From: Candidatus Omnitrophota bacterium
GTDB lineage: Bacteria > Omnitrophota > Gorgyraeia > Pluralincolimonadales > Pluralincolimonadaceae
Assembly (NCBI GenBank): GCA_003141835.1
Contig: PLNR01000006.1
Span: 142,558-206,557 of the forward strand
Length of the DNA: 64,000 nucleotides
Direction of reading: 5' to 3'
Shown: in pieces, positions 1-10,070 of the stretch
How the letters are laid out: each line of letters begins with the position of its first letter
How positions within the stretch are numbered: the stretch's first letter is position 1
Made by a program: the position numbers and the translations under genes
The notes under the pieces: model-generated
Seen by the model: only the letters and a program-made list of their open reading frames with translations
The model's database searches: none
What the model was told of the DNA's origin: nothing

Positions 1-1408
1 ACCTCCTCCCGGAATTGTCGCGCTGGATGAAATCCGCCTGTTTGAAATTCTTGTCTATCTCCTTGGCGCGCTTTAGCTGGTGGTCCCTGAAATATTCGGT
101 CTTCTCCAGCATAAAGTCCGAGTCTCCCGTCTTTTGGATATAAAGGCGGGTCGTAAGGTACGGCCAGATACCGTGATCCATCCAGACGCGGCTTATCCTG
201 TTGCGGTCGGCGATGAACCTGCCGTCTTTGGCGATGACCGTTGCGTTCGATCCGTCGAGCCGCACGCCGCGGAAACTGTCGAATATAAAATCCCTCGCCT
301 TCTCCGGCTCGGTCAATAAAAGCGTCAGCGCGTCCTGCCAGATATCGCGCCAGCCGCGGCCGCCCTTTCCGTAATCAAAGTGCGGCAGAAATGAGCAGCC
401 GAATAATTTCCTGAGGGTCGGCTGCATCTTGACCCACAGCAGCCAGTTGTTGAAATCGCCGTCGTTGAAATCGAATTCGAGCTTCGAAAGGTATTGCTGC
501 CAGTATTTCTTCGTCGCATCGAGGCTCTTATCGACCTTTGCCGGCGAATCCAGGCCCTTGAATATCTTTTTTACGCCTTTCCTGTCGTCGCTGATCCCCA
601 TGACGAGGATATAATCGACCTTCCCGCCTTTTTTCAGCTTCTTACGGTTGAACCTGAACGCGGCGCACGCTTCTTTCCCGTCGAAATCCGGGAGTTTTTT
701 AGAGGCGAGCTTCACGTATTTCTCTGTCGCGTCCGGGAATATCAGATCTCCCTCTCCGCAGAACATGCCGATCGTCGGGAATTGCCCTGCCGGCGCCTTG
801 CCCTTATCCTCGCATCCGAAGACGAAATAATTTGTCCTGTTCTCGATGTGGCCCTTCTCGTCGAATATCATCGTCGGCTTGAGGAAGATACCGTTTCTTT
901 CGAGGTCGACGCGGTTCAACAGCGAGCTCACGTGCCTGTGGTCGCGGATATTTTTTTCGCTGCGGCCGTATAGCGGGATGAAAGACGTCGGCGTTATCTC
1001 TACATCCTTGCCTCTTTTATTCGTGACGCGGACGCGCATGACTTCGACCGCCGTATTGAACGGGATGAAATTCAGCACCTCTATCTCGAGGCCGTGGGCC
1101 TGTTTCGTGACCTTATGGTACAGGAAACCCGCTTCGACGACATCGTCGTGCGGATAAGAGACCCTTATTATCTCATTTCCCACTTTGATGAAGAAATCGC
1201 GGCGGCAGAAGAGGTTGTTGCGGACGTCCTCGATGCTCGCCGGCGGCGTAAGGAAATGGTCATTATCGCGTTTTATGTCCCCGCCGAGGTTGGGGCTTAT
1301 CGAAGACAACAATTTTCCGTCTTTGTCGGCCAGCGGAAAATACAGGTTATACTTGTGCGGATCTTTTACGACGAATGTGCCCTTATCGTCAATGAATTTA
1401 TATATCAT
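1..1408 (-). CDS. 5'-anchored gene running off the left edge of the window (no stop in window). Glycoside phosphorylase-like protein (GH94-like).
   Basis: My hand translation of the minus strand from ATG at 1408 (RBS GGAAAGGA upstream) gives an uninterrupted frame of more than 460 codons to position 1. It begins MIYKFIDDKGTFVVKDPHKYNLYFPL and contains YGKGGRGWRDIWQDAL, reminiscent of GH94-type phosphorylases. It is not in the ORF track because the stop lies outside the window. Confidence 0.45.
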   Translation of the reverse strand, partial: MIYKFIDDKGTFVVKDPHKYNLYFPLADKDGKLLSSISPNLGGDIKRDNDHFLTPPASIEDVRNNLFCRRDFFIKVGNEIIRVSYPHDDVVEAGFLYHKVTKQAHGLEIEVLNFIPFNTAVEVMRVRVTNKRGKDVEITPTSFIPLYGRSEKNIRDHRHVSSLLNRVDLERNGIFLKPTMIFDEKGHIENRTNYFVFGCEDKGKAPAGQFPTIGMFCGEGDLIFPDATEKYVKLASKKLPDFDGKEACAAFRFNRKKLKKGGKVDYILVMGISDDRKGVKKIFKGLDSPAKVDKSLDATKKYWQQYLSKLEFDFNDGDFNNWLLWVKMQPTLRKLFGCSFLPHFDYGKGGRGWRDIWQDALTLLLTEPEKARDFIFDSFRGVRLDGSNATVIAKDGRFIADRNRISRVWMDHGIWPYLTTRLYIQKTGDSDFMLEKTEYFRDHQLKRAKEIDKNFKQADFIQRDNSGRR

Positions 1409-1419
1409 TTTCCTTTCCT

Positions 1420-1446
1420 GGGGGACGTCCCATTGGGGGACACCCT
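1420..1446. repeat. 27-bp REP-like palindromic element, copy 1 (GGGGGACGTCCCATTGGGGGACACCC; inverted relative to copies 3 and 4)
   Basis: Near-identical to the elements at 23422-23448 and 26467-26493. Contains the palindromic GGGACGTCCC half-site. Intergenic, between the phosphorylase-like start and the TrpB2 stop. Confidence 0.7.
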
Positions 1447-1447
1447 A

Positions 1448-2797
1448 TTATGCGTTGCCGATCTCCGGTATTTTCTTTATCGCCTCTTTTATCTTCTCTT
1501 CCGGATGCTCATAGTCCTCGAGCTTTCCGTCGAGGTACGCGTCGTATGCGGAGAGGTCGAAGTGGCCGTGTCCGCTGTAATTGAAGACGATGCATTTGCC
1601 GTCGTTCTTCTTCGCCTCGTCGATGACGCAGCGTATCGCGTGCGCCGTTTCGGGAGCAGGCAGGAATCCTTCTATTCTCGCCCACATCACAGCCGCCTCA
1701 AAGACCGGGTTCTGCGAATACGCCCTCGCCTCTATCACTTTCTTCTTCGCCAACAACGACACCTCAGGCGCCATGCCGTGATACCTCAACCCCCCTGCGT
1801 GTATCCCGGCCGGCACGAAACTGTGGCCCAGCGTGTACATCTTCACAAGCGGCGTAAGTTTCCCGGTATCGCCGAAATCGTACAGGTATTCGCCCTTCGT
1901 CAACGTCGGGCAGGCGGTCGGCTCGACCGCGATGAACTTTATATCCTTCCCCTTTAATTTATCCGGCACGAACGGGAACGTGAACCCGGCGAAATTGCTG
2001 CCGCCGCCGACGCACGCTATCATCGTGTCCGGCTTCTCGCCTATCATCTCGAGTTGTTTCTTCGTCTCGAGCCCGATGACAGACTGGTGCGTAAGCACGT
2101 GGTTTAATACGCTGCCGAGGGAATATTTAGTGTCGTCGTGGATGGCCGCGTCCTCGACCGCCTCTGAGATCGCGATGCCTAAACTGCCCGGCGTCTCCGG
2201 GTCATCGGCCAGAGCCTGCCTTCCGGAATTGGTCTTCGTTGTCGGAGACGGGAATATTTCCGCGCCCCAGACGCGCATCAAGGATTTGCGGTAAGGCTTC
2301 TGGTAATAGCTCGCCTTGACCATATAGACCGTGCATTTCAGGCCAAGGATATTGCAGGCGAACGATAACGCCGAACCCCATTGCCCAGCGCCTGTTTCGG
2401 TCGCTATGCGTTTTACGCCTTCCTTTTTATTGTAATATGCCTGGGCGATGGCCGTGTTCAATTTGTGGCTGCCGGCAGGCGAGGCGCTTTCATCTTTATA
2501 ATAAATGCGGCAATTCGTTTTCAGGGCCTTCTCGAGGCGGACCGCCCTCTTGAGAGGCGTCGGCCTGTAAATTTTATATACATCAAGGACTTCGTCGGGG
2601 ATATCTATCCAGCGCTGCTGGCTCATCTCCTGCTCAATCAACGCCATCGGGAATATCGGCGCCAGGTCGGCTGGCCCGAGCGGTTTCCCGGTCCCGGGAT
2701 TTAAAGGCGGGGGCAATTGTTCGGGCAAGTCAGGGGCAATGTTATACCAGGCTTTGGGGATGTCGTTCAACGACAAGATAACTCTGTCCTTGTCCAT
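1448..2797 (-). CDS. trpB: tryptophan synthase beta chain, TrpB2-type (PLP-dependent)
   Basis: 449-aa ORF. It has the long N-terminal extension typical of TrpB2 and PLP-fold motifs (HKLN, GGGSN); GAG RBS-like context. No trpA adjacent. Confidence 0.8.
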   Translation of the reverse strand: MDKDRVILSLNDIPKAWYNIAPDLPEQLPPPLNPGTGKPLGPADLAPIFPMALIEQEMSQQRWIDIPDEVLDVYKIYRPTPLKRAVRLEKALKTNCRIYYKDESASPAGSHKLNTAIAQAYYNKKEGVKRIATETGAGQWGSALSFACNILGLKCTVYMVKASYYQKPYRKSLMRVWGAEIFPSPTTKTNSGRQALADDPETPGSLGIAISEAVEDAAIHDDTKYSLGSVLNHVLTHQSVIGLETKKQLEMIGEKPDTMIACVGGGSNFAGFTFPFVPDKLKGKDIKFIAVEPTACPTLTKGEYLYDFGDTGKLTPLVKMYTLGHSFVPAGIHAGGLRYHGMAPEVSLLAKKKVIEARAYSQNPVFEAAVMWARIEGFLPAPETAHAIRCVIDEAKKNDGKCIVFNYSGHGHFDLSAYDAYLDGKLEDYEHPEEKIKEAIKKIPEIGNA

Positions 2798-2861
2798 CTC
2801 GGTCTCCTTTTACTGGGGGTTATTATGCGGAATTAGGGGTATTTTAGCACAAAGCGTCCCC

Positions 2862-5138
2862 TTAGTATAGGGTTACCTCGTAAATGTCGCATTCACCCTT
2901 GCCGGTGTTGCCGGGGAAATAGAGGTCGAAGTTCCTGACGGCCTGCAGGTCGAGCGTCTTATTGCCGCCCTGGTTGCCGTACATATTCCTGATGGTGAAT
3001 TCCTCGAACGTAAATTCATACGTCTCGGTTTTGCCTGTGCCGTCACCCGTCTCCGAAGCGAAACCCTCGCCGTCGGCCCCGTTGACGCCGTCATACTTCA
3101 CCTTCCCGAGATCGGCCACGCCGGATTCATTTATGAAGACCGAGAACGGCATGCCGTTGGTCAGCGACATCTTTATCCTGATGCCCTTGAAACCCTGGAG
3201 GTCGAAAGAGCCGTCGCTGTTGACGGTCTTGACCTGGCAAGGCAGGCCGAAACCGCAGCCCCAACCGCTGCCGGTATCGATGACGCATTTCAAATAGGCC
3301 CTGCTGAACTTGATCCCGGCCGTTGTCGAGCTGTCCGCCCAGACGCCTAATTTTTCCACATCAATAGTCTTGACGTCGAAGAACGGCTCGGCCTCGCGCT
3401 TGACATCCTTATTGTTAACTTTTGCGTACCCGCCGACCTTGATCAATTTATCCGGATAAGGCATAATGGATTTCTTGTGCATGGAGTCGGCTGCGGCATT
3501 CATCTTCTTCATCTCGGCAGCCAGGAGAGCGTATTCATTATCATGGATGTCGACGAGCCCGTAATCGCTGTCTTCGCCGTCGAAGCTGCGGCCCTGCGGC
3601 GACTCGTCAAAATATTGGAACCAGTGGTAACCGACAAGGTACGGGAATTCCATCATCTGTGTCACGTATTTGTTGAACCCGGCCGCCCTGTCCTGCTGGG
3701 TCCGGACCGTGACATCGGCGCCTTTCCTGTTCTTGTCCCCGCTGCTGTTCTCCATCGCCCTGTAGGAGAACTCGGTTATCATCACCGGCTTCTGCCCGAG
3801 TAAGTAAAAATTATCGATCAGCTCTTTATTGACCTTCATGTCCTTGCAATAATAATTGACCGTCAGCACGTCGCAATACTTCCCGCACGCCCTCGCCACC
3901 TCATCCGGGGCGTTGCCGGCGAAACGGACGCCGAGTATCAGGTGGTTCGGGTCGTACTTTTTGATGAACCCGCATACCGTGGAAAAATACCGTTCGGCGA
4001 TGACGCCGGCAAAAAGCTCCCGCGCCTCTTTGGCCGAGGCGCCGCGCACGTGCATGAAGTCCTCGATGCTCTTGCCGTATTTCTGCTGCAGGAACTCGGC
4101 TAATTTCTGCCTGCCCGGCGCTTTTTCCGGAAGTTTGGCGTATTCATCGAGAAGCGTGGATGGGTGGCCGGTATACCAGCCATAATCCCCGTACCACGGC
4201 AGCTCATTCTCTATAAAATATCCCAAAAGGTATTTCGCGTCCTTGAACCGCTTGCATCTGCCCATAACGTTCTGTTCGGCCATCTCGTCGAACAACGGGT
4301 CAAAAACATCGACGAGCCTGTGGTCGCTAGTCGACGGGATGCCCAGCATGACGGTAAAAGGCATGTCATAATAGAACGTAGCCGGGTCGGACCATGAGCC
4401 TATCGTGTTAAAATCCAGATTTTTAAGGCGCTTTATAACGCTCTTGGCCCACTCGGCGTAATCCTTATACTTCGACGACACGTCATAATATTCGGAATTC
4501 GGAAGCACCGCGCCATCCTTGCTCAGGACCGCGTTGACCCCTTTCGAGATGAACCGCTCCCCGTCCGGAGTGATGAGCCAGTATTTGCCCTTATCCTGTT
4601 TCACGGTGAAAAACGTCTTGCCCTTCGTCAGCATTGCCCTCTTGGAAATATCCTTATACGGCCCGCCTGCCTTGAATTCCATCTCCCATATCGAGAAGCC
4701 CCACGCCGTCGCCCTCTCGATGCAGTCTATCTTCACGAATTTACAGGCTGCCTTCTCCTTAAAATTGATCTTTATATCTTCGCCTTCGTTGCCGTCGTTT
4801 ATCTCGGCGAGGGTCTGCCATGCGGCGCCGTCGGCCGAGCCCAGGACCTTATAACGGTAGGCTGAGGCCGTTTCCCATTTTATCTCGATGCCGTACAGGT
4901 CGACCGGCTGTTCGAATTCCACCTGTATCCACTGGTTATCCTTCAATTCCGATTCCCAGCGGGTGCGAAGATTCCCGTCGACCGCCTTCTCCGGCCTGTT
5001 GTTATCTTTATCGGATGATGCGGTGACGGCTTTGACCGCCGCTGCCGGCGCCGGTGCAGGCGTTTCGGCGCAATAGGCGGGGGTGATAAATATGGGCAAA
5101 AGTGATAACGACAAAATAACGGCGCTAACGGTTTTCAT
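2862..5138 (-). CDS. secreted F5/8 type C (discoidin) domain protein fused to a clan GH-A-like glycoside hydrolase domain
   Basis: Signal peptide MKTVSAVILSLSLLPIFITPAYCA. The N-terminal segment DGNLRTRWESELKDNQWIQVEFEQPVDLYGIEIKW is discoidin-like. The central segment has IENELPW and ITEFSY, which resemble GH-A acid/base and nucleophile motifs. A C-terminal beta-rich region follows. Confidence 0.6.
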   Translation of the reverse strand: MKTVSAVILSLSLLPIFITPAYCAETPAPAPAAAVKAVTASSDKDNNRPEKAVDGNLRTRWESELKDNQWIQVEFEQPVDLYGIEIKWETASAYRYKVLGSADGAAWQTLAEINDGNEGEDIKINFKEKAACKFVKIDCIERATAWGFSIWEMEFKAGGPYKDISKRAMLTKGKTFFTVKQDKGKYWLITPDGERFISKGVNAVLSKDGAVLPNSEYYDVSSKYKDYAEWAKSVIKRLKNLDFNTIGSWSDPATFYYDMPFTVMLGIPSTSDHRLVDVFDPLFDEMAEQNVMGRCKRFKDAKYLLGYFIENELPWYGDYGWYTGHPSTLLDEYAKLPEKAPGRQKLAEFLQQKYGKSIEDFMHVRGASAKEARELFAGVIAERYFSTVCGFIKKYDPNHLILGVRFAGNAPDEVARACGKYCDVLTVNYYCKDMKVNKELIDNFYLLGQKPVMITEFSYRAMENSSGDKNRKGADVTVRTQQDRAAGFNKYVTQMMEFPYLVGYHWFQYFDESPQGRSFDGEDSDYGLVDIHDNEYALLAAEMKKMNAAADSMHKKSIMPYPDKLIKVGGYAKVNNKDVKREAEPFFDVKTIDVEKLGVWADSSTTAGIKFSRAYLKCVIDTGSGWGCGFGLPCQVKTVNSDGSFDLQGFKGIRIKMSLTNGMPFSVFINESGVADLGKVKYDGVNGADGEGFASETGDGTGKTETYEFTFEEFTIRNMYGNQGGNKTLDLQAVRNFDLYFPGNTGKGECDIYEVTLY

Positions 5139-5154
5139 GCGGGCTCCTCCGTAA

Positions 5155-5850
5155 TTATTTATATGCTGCGAATATCTCGCCGGATTTCTTCTCGAGCGTT
5201 TTAAGGTCGACGCCGAAGGTTTTCGTAAATTTATCGCTGAAACTGCCGCTTTGCTTGTAGATATCCTTGAGTTTATCCTTGCCGTAAGTGTCCATCACAT
5301 ATGAGACGATAGCCCACGCATAGAGATACGAGGACTGTTCCGTCTTACCCGCGCCGAATTTCGCCCCGAGCCGCGTAAATGAAAAATCCGTGAAATCCGG
5401 GAGGGCCTTATGGTACACCTTCTTCATATCCCCGTTCTCTACATACATCGCCACGCCTTCGTGGAACCACCGCGGCGCGGTCGACAGCGGTTTGGAAATA
5501 AGGATGTGCGTGATCTCATGCTTGAGCACTCCTTCGTCGATCCTGCCGAGCGTAAGAAAGATAGTCGATGCGCTGGCAGCTGTCCTAAGGGCCCTGCCAT
5601 TTTCCGGCGTTACGTAGACCCGGATCTCTATCTTTCCCGAACTGGTGTATCCCGTGCCGACGGCCTCCGAGACCTCTTTATAAATACCCTCTACACTATC
5701 GCCTACATCCTTGAGGTCCTGCGCCTTGAGGCCCTGCCCGTTAGCGACGACCCTGAAATGCGCCGTTTCTACCGGCGAGACTGCACCGGCCGTTCCCGCA
5801 AATAACAGGATACAAAATGCAATGCTCACATACAAAGCGGGTCTTTTCAT
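5155..5850 (-). CDS. secreted HExxH zinc-metallopeptidase-like protein
   Basis: Signal peptide plus HEITH motif in a 231-aa ORF. Confidence 0.4.
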   Translation of the reverse strand: MKRPALYVSIAFCILLFAGTAGAVSPVETAHFRVVANGQGLKAQDLKDVGDSVEGIYKEVSEAVGTGYTSSGKIEIRVYVTPENGRALRTAASASTIFLTLGRIDEGVLKHEITHILISKPLSTAPRWFHEGVAMYVENGDMKKVYHKALPDFTDFSFTRLGAKFGAGKTEQSSYLYAWAIVSYVMDTYGKDKLKDIYKQSGSFSDKFTKTFGVDLKTLEKKSGEIFAAYK

Positions 5851-6449
5851 GGTCTCCTTAACGTTTCAAGCCATCTGTTTAATTTATCAATGAATTGCGC
5901 GTAGGCGGCTTTTTCGTCGGCGGTGTAGCGGCCACGGCATTCGGTCTCAAATTTTAACCGGTCCTCTGCGGACTCATGGATGATCTCCTGGATCGAATTG
6001 ACGGCATTTACCGTGTCCCTCTCACCATCCCATTTTTCATTGACCGAAAATCCCGCTTTTTTAAGCGGCAGGTCATAAGTCGCGTCGACCAGTACCCATT
6101 TGCTGTTGATATCCGCCTTGCAGGCGAGGTGATAACTCACAGGCATCCGGCTTAACAGGCCCTTTAGATCGGCGGGATATTTTATTTCGGAATCGCCCCA
6201 CCTGAAAACATACGTCACAAACCTGATGGGGATATTTAATTTTCCGAATAACCCGGCCATAAGATAATGCTTCGGCTGGCATGAACCCCTGTTCTGCTCG
6301 ATCAGGCCCGGCGGCCCGGAGACCGGATCTCTTAGTTCGGGAATGATGGCATACGGGATGTCGCGGATATGCTCATAGACCGAGATGCGGGCCTCTTTCG
6401 GCCCTTTCCCCGCGGTCCATTCGCTGAATTTTTGGGTTATGATATCCAT
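5847..6449 (-). CDS. transglutaminase-like domain protein
   Basis: Spacing of Cys (GSCQPKH), His (YHLACK) and Asp (VDATYD) matches a transglutaminase/cysteine-protease core. Overlaps the downstream gene by 4 nt. Confidence 0.45.
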   Translation of the reverse strand: MDIITQKFSEWTAGKGPKEARISVYEHIRDIPYAIIPELRDPVSGPPGLIEQNRGSCQPKHYLMAGLFGKLNIPIRFVTYVFRWGDSEIKYPADLKGLLSRMPVSYHLACKADINSKWVLVDATYDLPLKKAGFSVNEKWDGERDTVNAVNSIQEIIHESAEDRLKFETECRGRYTADEKAAYAQFIDKLNRWLETLRRP

Positions 6450-6670
6450 TATTCCTGCAGGTCTTTGAGCATTTCCTTGGCCGTTTTGGCGTCTTTCTCG
6501 GCAACCTGTATCTCGGGAACGCCGTCTATGGCTTCGAGGCCGATCATGCTCATTACATCCTCGCCCTTGACATAATACTCTATACCGGCGCTTCTAAGAA
6601 GCGATTTTGCAGTCGCTAACGAGGCGCGGTTACCGCTCGTAAATATTGTCACAAATTCTGATTTTTCCAT
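6449..6670 (-). CDS. DUF2007-like small putative signal-transduction protein
   Basis: 73-aa ORF with FVTIFTSGNRASLATAKSLLRSAGIEYYVKGED, typical of the DUF2007 family. Start overlaps the upstream stop. Confidence 0.45.
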   Translation of the reverse strand: MEKSEFVTIFTSGNRASLATAKSLLRSAGIEYYVKGEDVMSMIGLEAIDGVPEIQVAEKDAKTAKEMLKDLQE

Positions 6671-6705
6671 TTATACCTCCCTAATTAAGTGAGCTGTCAC
6701 CATAA

Positions 6706-7869
6706 TTATTTCGACCCCTGCATGACCCAATAATCCGAACCGTTGGTGTATTTCAAAAGGTAGAGGTGCCTGTTAATGTTCGGGTTCGTGTCAAGAATGC
6801 GCGTATAAAAATCATCATAAAATTCCGGGCATTCCAGGTAATAGCCGTGCTTGAAACTCGAGTTATTTATCGCGGTCACATCGATCGTCATGAAGCGCTC
6901 CGGGTCGAGGGATTTCAAATAAAGCACCCCTCTCGCTTCTTCGAGCTGCTCCGGCTCAGCCACCCTCAGTTTTTCGCGCCCGAGCTTCTTCTCCCCGGTG
7001 ATCATTCCGCTCATCAGCAAAGCGCCATCGTCGGAAGAGACGTATGCGGTCAATTTTTTCGATATGGCCTCAAACTCATTTTTGAATTTTTCATTGAATT
7101 TATTACTGCTGATGTCCGGGGCCGCAAGTATGACCTGGTCTATCTCGATATCCGCATCGGCAAAATCGGGATACGTATAAAGCGTGTCAAAAGCGTCGCA
7201 GACCACCTGGCAGCCGAGGCTCGACGCCTCTATCCAGAGTTTTTCCGGTTTGACTTCACGGACGACCTTCGCCAGCACATTCGCCAGGTACAGCCCGGAC
7301 TCGCCGGCCAGGGATTGCGCTTTCACATAGCCGCCGATGCTGACCGATTGGTCGCCGGGCCAGTCAAATAACAATACCGGGGTATTTACATCCAGCAGAT
7401 ACGCGAAATAGGCGGCCTTCATTGCCGTGGCCTCAAAACCGTCTTTATAACCGAAGACAAGCACGAGCAGGGACTTGTGCGGAGACGCCTGCACCGCTGC
7501 AGATAACTCCCTTGTGAAAACTTCAGGATCGAGTCTCGTTGTGTTTTGCAGCTCTATTATGCCGTTCTTCTTAAGCTGGTCCGGCAGCATCGTCCCTATC
7601 CTTACCCTCGGGTCCATCTTGATATCAAGTGTGCCATATGTCGTCTCGTTAGCCAGGTTGGCCTTGAAAACCGGGGAAGGCTTTGCGGTATAGTCAACTT
7701 CCCTGCTTGTCGCGTAGAAGATATTGACTACCCTGTAGCTGCCTTCTACTTTATAGTTCATGCGTTTATAAATGTCATCAAGGGAATAGGACGGGCCTTT
7801 CTTGACGGGAAGGGCCGCGCAGCCCGAGAGGACCGTGCAGCAGAACAACAGCATTAAATATTTACGCAT
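6706..7869 (-). CDS. lipoprotein, alpha/beta-hydrolase-like (DUF900-like)
   Basis: Lipobox LSGCAA. GxSxG-like SSLGC nucleophile elbow. Confidence 0.45.
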   Translation of the reverse strand: MRKYLMLLFCCTVLSGCAALPVKKGPSYSLDDIYKRMNYKVEGSYRVVNIFYATSREVDYTAKPSPVFKANLANETTYGTLDIKMDPRVRIGTMLPDQLKKNGIIELQNTTRLDPEVFTRELSAAVQASPHKSLLVLVFGYKDGFEATAMKAAYFAYLLDVNTPVLLFDWPGDQSVSIGGYVKAQSLAGESGLYLANVLAKVVREVKPEKLWIEASSLGCQVVCDAFDTLYTYPDFADADIEIDQVILAAPDISSNKFNEKFKNEFEAISKKLTAYVSSDDGALLMSGMITGEKKLGREKLRVAEPEQLEEARGVLYLKSLDPERFMTIDVTAINNSSFKHGYYLECPEFYDDFYTRILDTNPNINRHLYLLKYTNGSDYWVMQGSK

Positions 7870-7872
7870 TGG

Positions 7873-8313
7873 TTATTTTTTCCTTAATGTCCTTAGAGCC
7901 CATACGATGAAACGGATCAGCAATAATACCAGGTAAACGATGAGGACTTTTAAAACAAAGAATTTGCCGAAAAATGAGATGAATAATTTATACCAATAAA
8001 CCGCCGTGGAATTAACATAACGCGATCCTTTTAAACCGGATTTAATATGAGCCGTATCCGTAAATTCCTTTATCCGTTTTTCAATAAGTTTTGGCGGCGG
8101 GTTAAGGGCGTCTTCAATGACCTCATTAGAATTATAACCATTGCGGATCTCCGGATATACCTTTATTGTGTATGTTTCCCCGTTAAGGAACTCCAATTTA
8201 TACTTTGGGAATACAACGGGTATTTCGGGGAGGAAGTGCAGGACCGCATATAATACAATGGCTAATCCTATAACTATCAGCCCTTCTTTTGCTATTATTT
8301 TATTGATATTCAT
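7873..8313 (-). CDS. hypothetical membrane protein
   Basis: 146-aa ORF with two hydrophobic segments. AT-rich gene. Confidence 0.35.
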   Translation of the reverse strand: MNINKIIAKEGLIVIGLAIVLYAVLHFLPEIPVVFPKYKLEFLNGETYTIKVYPEIRNGYNSNEVIEDALNPPPKLIEKRIKEFTDTAHIKSGLKGSRYVNSTAVYWYKLFISFFGKFFVLKVLIVYLVLLLIRFIVWALRTLRKK

Positions 8314-8315
8314 TC

Positions 8316-8669
8316 CTATCTATCCACGGGATTATTTACGCTCTCGGTGCTTACGCTGCCTCCATCCGGGCCGTCAGGGTTGTTGACGCTTCCCTCGGCG
8401 GGCGAGTCGATATGCTTTCCCACGGGTTCGGTAGTCGGTTCCGGCGGGAGCGTATTGTCACCTGATTTGCCGATATCCTTATTGTCTTTATTCTCTATTA
8501 CCGGATTATCCGTAGCTTCCGGAGTATCTGCAGTTTCAGGATTATCGACGTTTTCTTGTGTTCCCGGATTATCGTTGGTGGTATCTGAATATTCACCTTC
8601 CGCGTAAGCGCAGCAAGTTGCAAATAACACGATCCCGATCAAGCTGATGAATAATTTTCTAATCTTCAT
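8316..8669 (-). CDS. secreted acidic low-complexity protein with (D/N)NP repeats
   Basis: Signal peptide then NDNPGT, VDNPET, TDNPVI, VNNPDG, VNNPVD. Confidence 0.4.
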   Translation of the reverse strand: MKIRKLFISLIGIVLFATCCAYAEGEYSDTTNDNPGTQENVDNPETADTPEATDNPVIENKDNKDIGKSGDNTLPPEPTTEPVGKHIDSPAEGSVNNPDGPDGGSVSTESVNNPVDR

Positions 8670-8679
8670 TCCCTCTCCT

Positions 8680-9192
8680 TTATGGATGGAATCCTATCTT
8701 CTTCTTTGGCTTTTCTTCCGGCGGCGCCATTAATTCATCAATAAGCTGGTAAATCGTTGTAATATGTCGACCATGTTCTCCAAGTATTTTACCATGTTCT
8801 TTTACCTGTTGCGCAAGTTCTTTATTTTCAGCTAACATTTCTCTTAACCTAACAAATACTCGCATTATTATGATATTTACCCGAATTGCTCTATCACTAT
8901 TTAAAACGCTCGAGAGCATAGCAACCCCTTGCTCTGTAAAAGCATTGAAATTGTATCTTCTGCCGCCCCATCTTGAGGTCGCAAATTGCGACCTCAAGTT
9001 CGTAACTTCTTGTCTTGTAAGAAGAAACATGAAATCAGCTGGAAATCTCTTTAGATTCCTTTTAACTTGTTCATTCGGCCTCTTCGTTGATACTCCGTAC
9101 AGCTGTGCAAGATCTTTATCAAACATCACCTTTTTACCCCTGATAATAAAGATCTTCTGCCGCACAACATCCTGCTCAACCAGATTTGACAT
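8680..9192 (-). CDS. ORF6N-domain DNA-binding protein (antirepressor-related)
   Basis: N-terminal IRGKKVMFDKDLAQLYGVSTKRPNEQVKRNLKRFPADFMF...RWGGRRYNFNAFTEQGVAMLSSVL matches the ORF6N/KilA-N-like family. RBS AAGGAGGG 6 nt upstream. Confidence 0.6.
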   Translation of the reverse strand: MSNLVEQDVVRQKIFIIRGKKVMFDKDLAQLYGVSTKRPNEQVKRNLKRFPADFMFLLTRQEVTNLRSQFATSRWGGRRYNFNAFTEQGVAMLSSVLNSDRAIRVNIIIMRVFVRLREMLAENKELAQQVKEHGKILGEHGRHITTIYQLIDELMAPPEEKPKKKIGFHP

Positions 9193-9199
9193 AAAAAAT

Positions 9200-9250
9200 C
9201 CCTCCTTTAGCTGTATAGACGCTAAAAGGAGGGATTTTCTTTCAACTATT
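9200..9250. repeat. about 50-bp hairpin repeat, copy A (hairpin with TATAGACG loop plus 18-bp tail GATTTTCTTTCAACTATT)
   Basis: The tail 9233-9250 is identical to 17693-17710, and the loop TATAGACGC is shared. On the minus strand it reads as stem-loop plus T-run plus RBS. It overlaps the SIMPL stop codon. Confidence 0.6.
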
Positions 9251-9998
9251 CCGTTATCGCAAAATCCGCATGGACGACCGCGAAGACCTTCTTCTCGAGC
9301 GATGAGGTGTCGTTACTGCCCCAGTCCGAGACCTCGGTCGAATTGACCGGCGTTATCTGGAAGACGCCCATATCCGCCGAGCGTATCCTGCCGACCTTGT
9401 TGCCGGACGCCGAGGCGATCCGTTCGGCCCGTTTCTTCGCGTCCGCGGAGGCCGCGCCGAGCATCTCGAGCTTCAGCTCGGCCAGCTTGGTGTAAAAATA
9501 CTGCGGCGGGTACGAAACGAACCGTATATCCTGCTCGATGAGCCCGGTCGATTCGCGCGACACGGCGGTTATCTTGGCGACGTCAGCCGAGCGCACTTCT
9601 ATCACCTGGCTGAGGTCGTAGGCCTCGATCTCGTTGGTGGCGATGCCCTTCTCGTTCTTCTTGTAGATGACTGTCGTCACCACCTGCGAAACGATCATCT
9701 CGCCCTCGGTTATCCCCTTGGACGCGAGGTAAGCCCTGACCTTGGCCGTGTCCTCTTTTAATTTGGCGAACGCGTCCTTCATCTGTGGGTCCCGCGCCGA
9801 GAACTCGGCCGTCCAGACCGCGTAATCCGATGTTATCCTCTTCTCGGCGGAGCCGGTTACGTTTATCACCTCGGCCGAGGCCTTCTTGAACTTCACCATC
9901 CCGTTGGTCAATATCACCGCGGAACCGATCGCCGCCACTACAAAACATATCCCCAAGATCACTATCTGCGCATTACGCAGGAAACCGTACTTCTCCAT
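9246..9998 (-). CDS. SIMPL-domain (DUF541) periplasmic protein
   Basis: 250 aa, N-terminal TM/signal segment, overall SIMPL-like architecture. Confidence 0.55.
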   Translation of the reverse strand: MEKYGFLRNAQIVILGICFVVAAIGSAVILTNGMVKFKKASAEVINVTGSAEKRITSDYAVWTAEFSARDPQMKDAFAKLKEDTAKVRAYLASKGITEGEMIVSQVVTTVIYKKNEKGIATNEIEAYDLSQVIEVRSADVAKITAVSRESTGLIEQDIRFVSYPPQYFYTKLAELKLEMLGAASADAKKRAERIASASGNKVGRIRSADMGVFQITPVNSTEVSDWGSNDTSSLEKKVFAVVHADFAITE

Positions 9999-10070
9999 CT
10001 CTCTCCCCTTTACATCTTTTTATTCCCGTTTTATCTTTACCGCTTGCCCGGCATCATTGTTTGATCTTCA

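Noticed and set aside
1094-1957. 287-aa plus-strand ORF, and the 109-aa ORF at 1185-1514
   Set aside because: Antisense to the left-edge gene and to trpB2, and they read through the REP element (the source of the WGTSHWGTP / LGDVPLGDT peptides). GC-rich antisense artefacts.
8680-9192. Prophage call based on ORF6N and the HNH endonuclease at 63649-63999
   Set aside because: No integrase, capsid, terminase or tail genes anywhere in the window. ORF6N and HNH domains occur outside phages.
9583-9948. 121-aa Arg/Gly/Asp-rich ORF inside the SIMPL gene
   Set aside because: Alternative frame of a GC-rich gene on the same strand. Low-complexity artefact.
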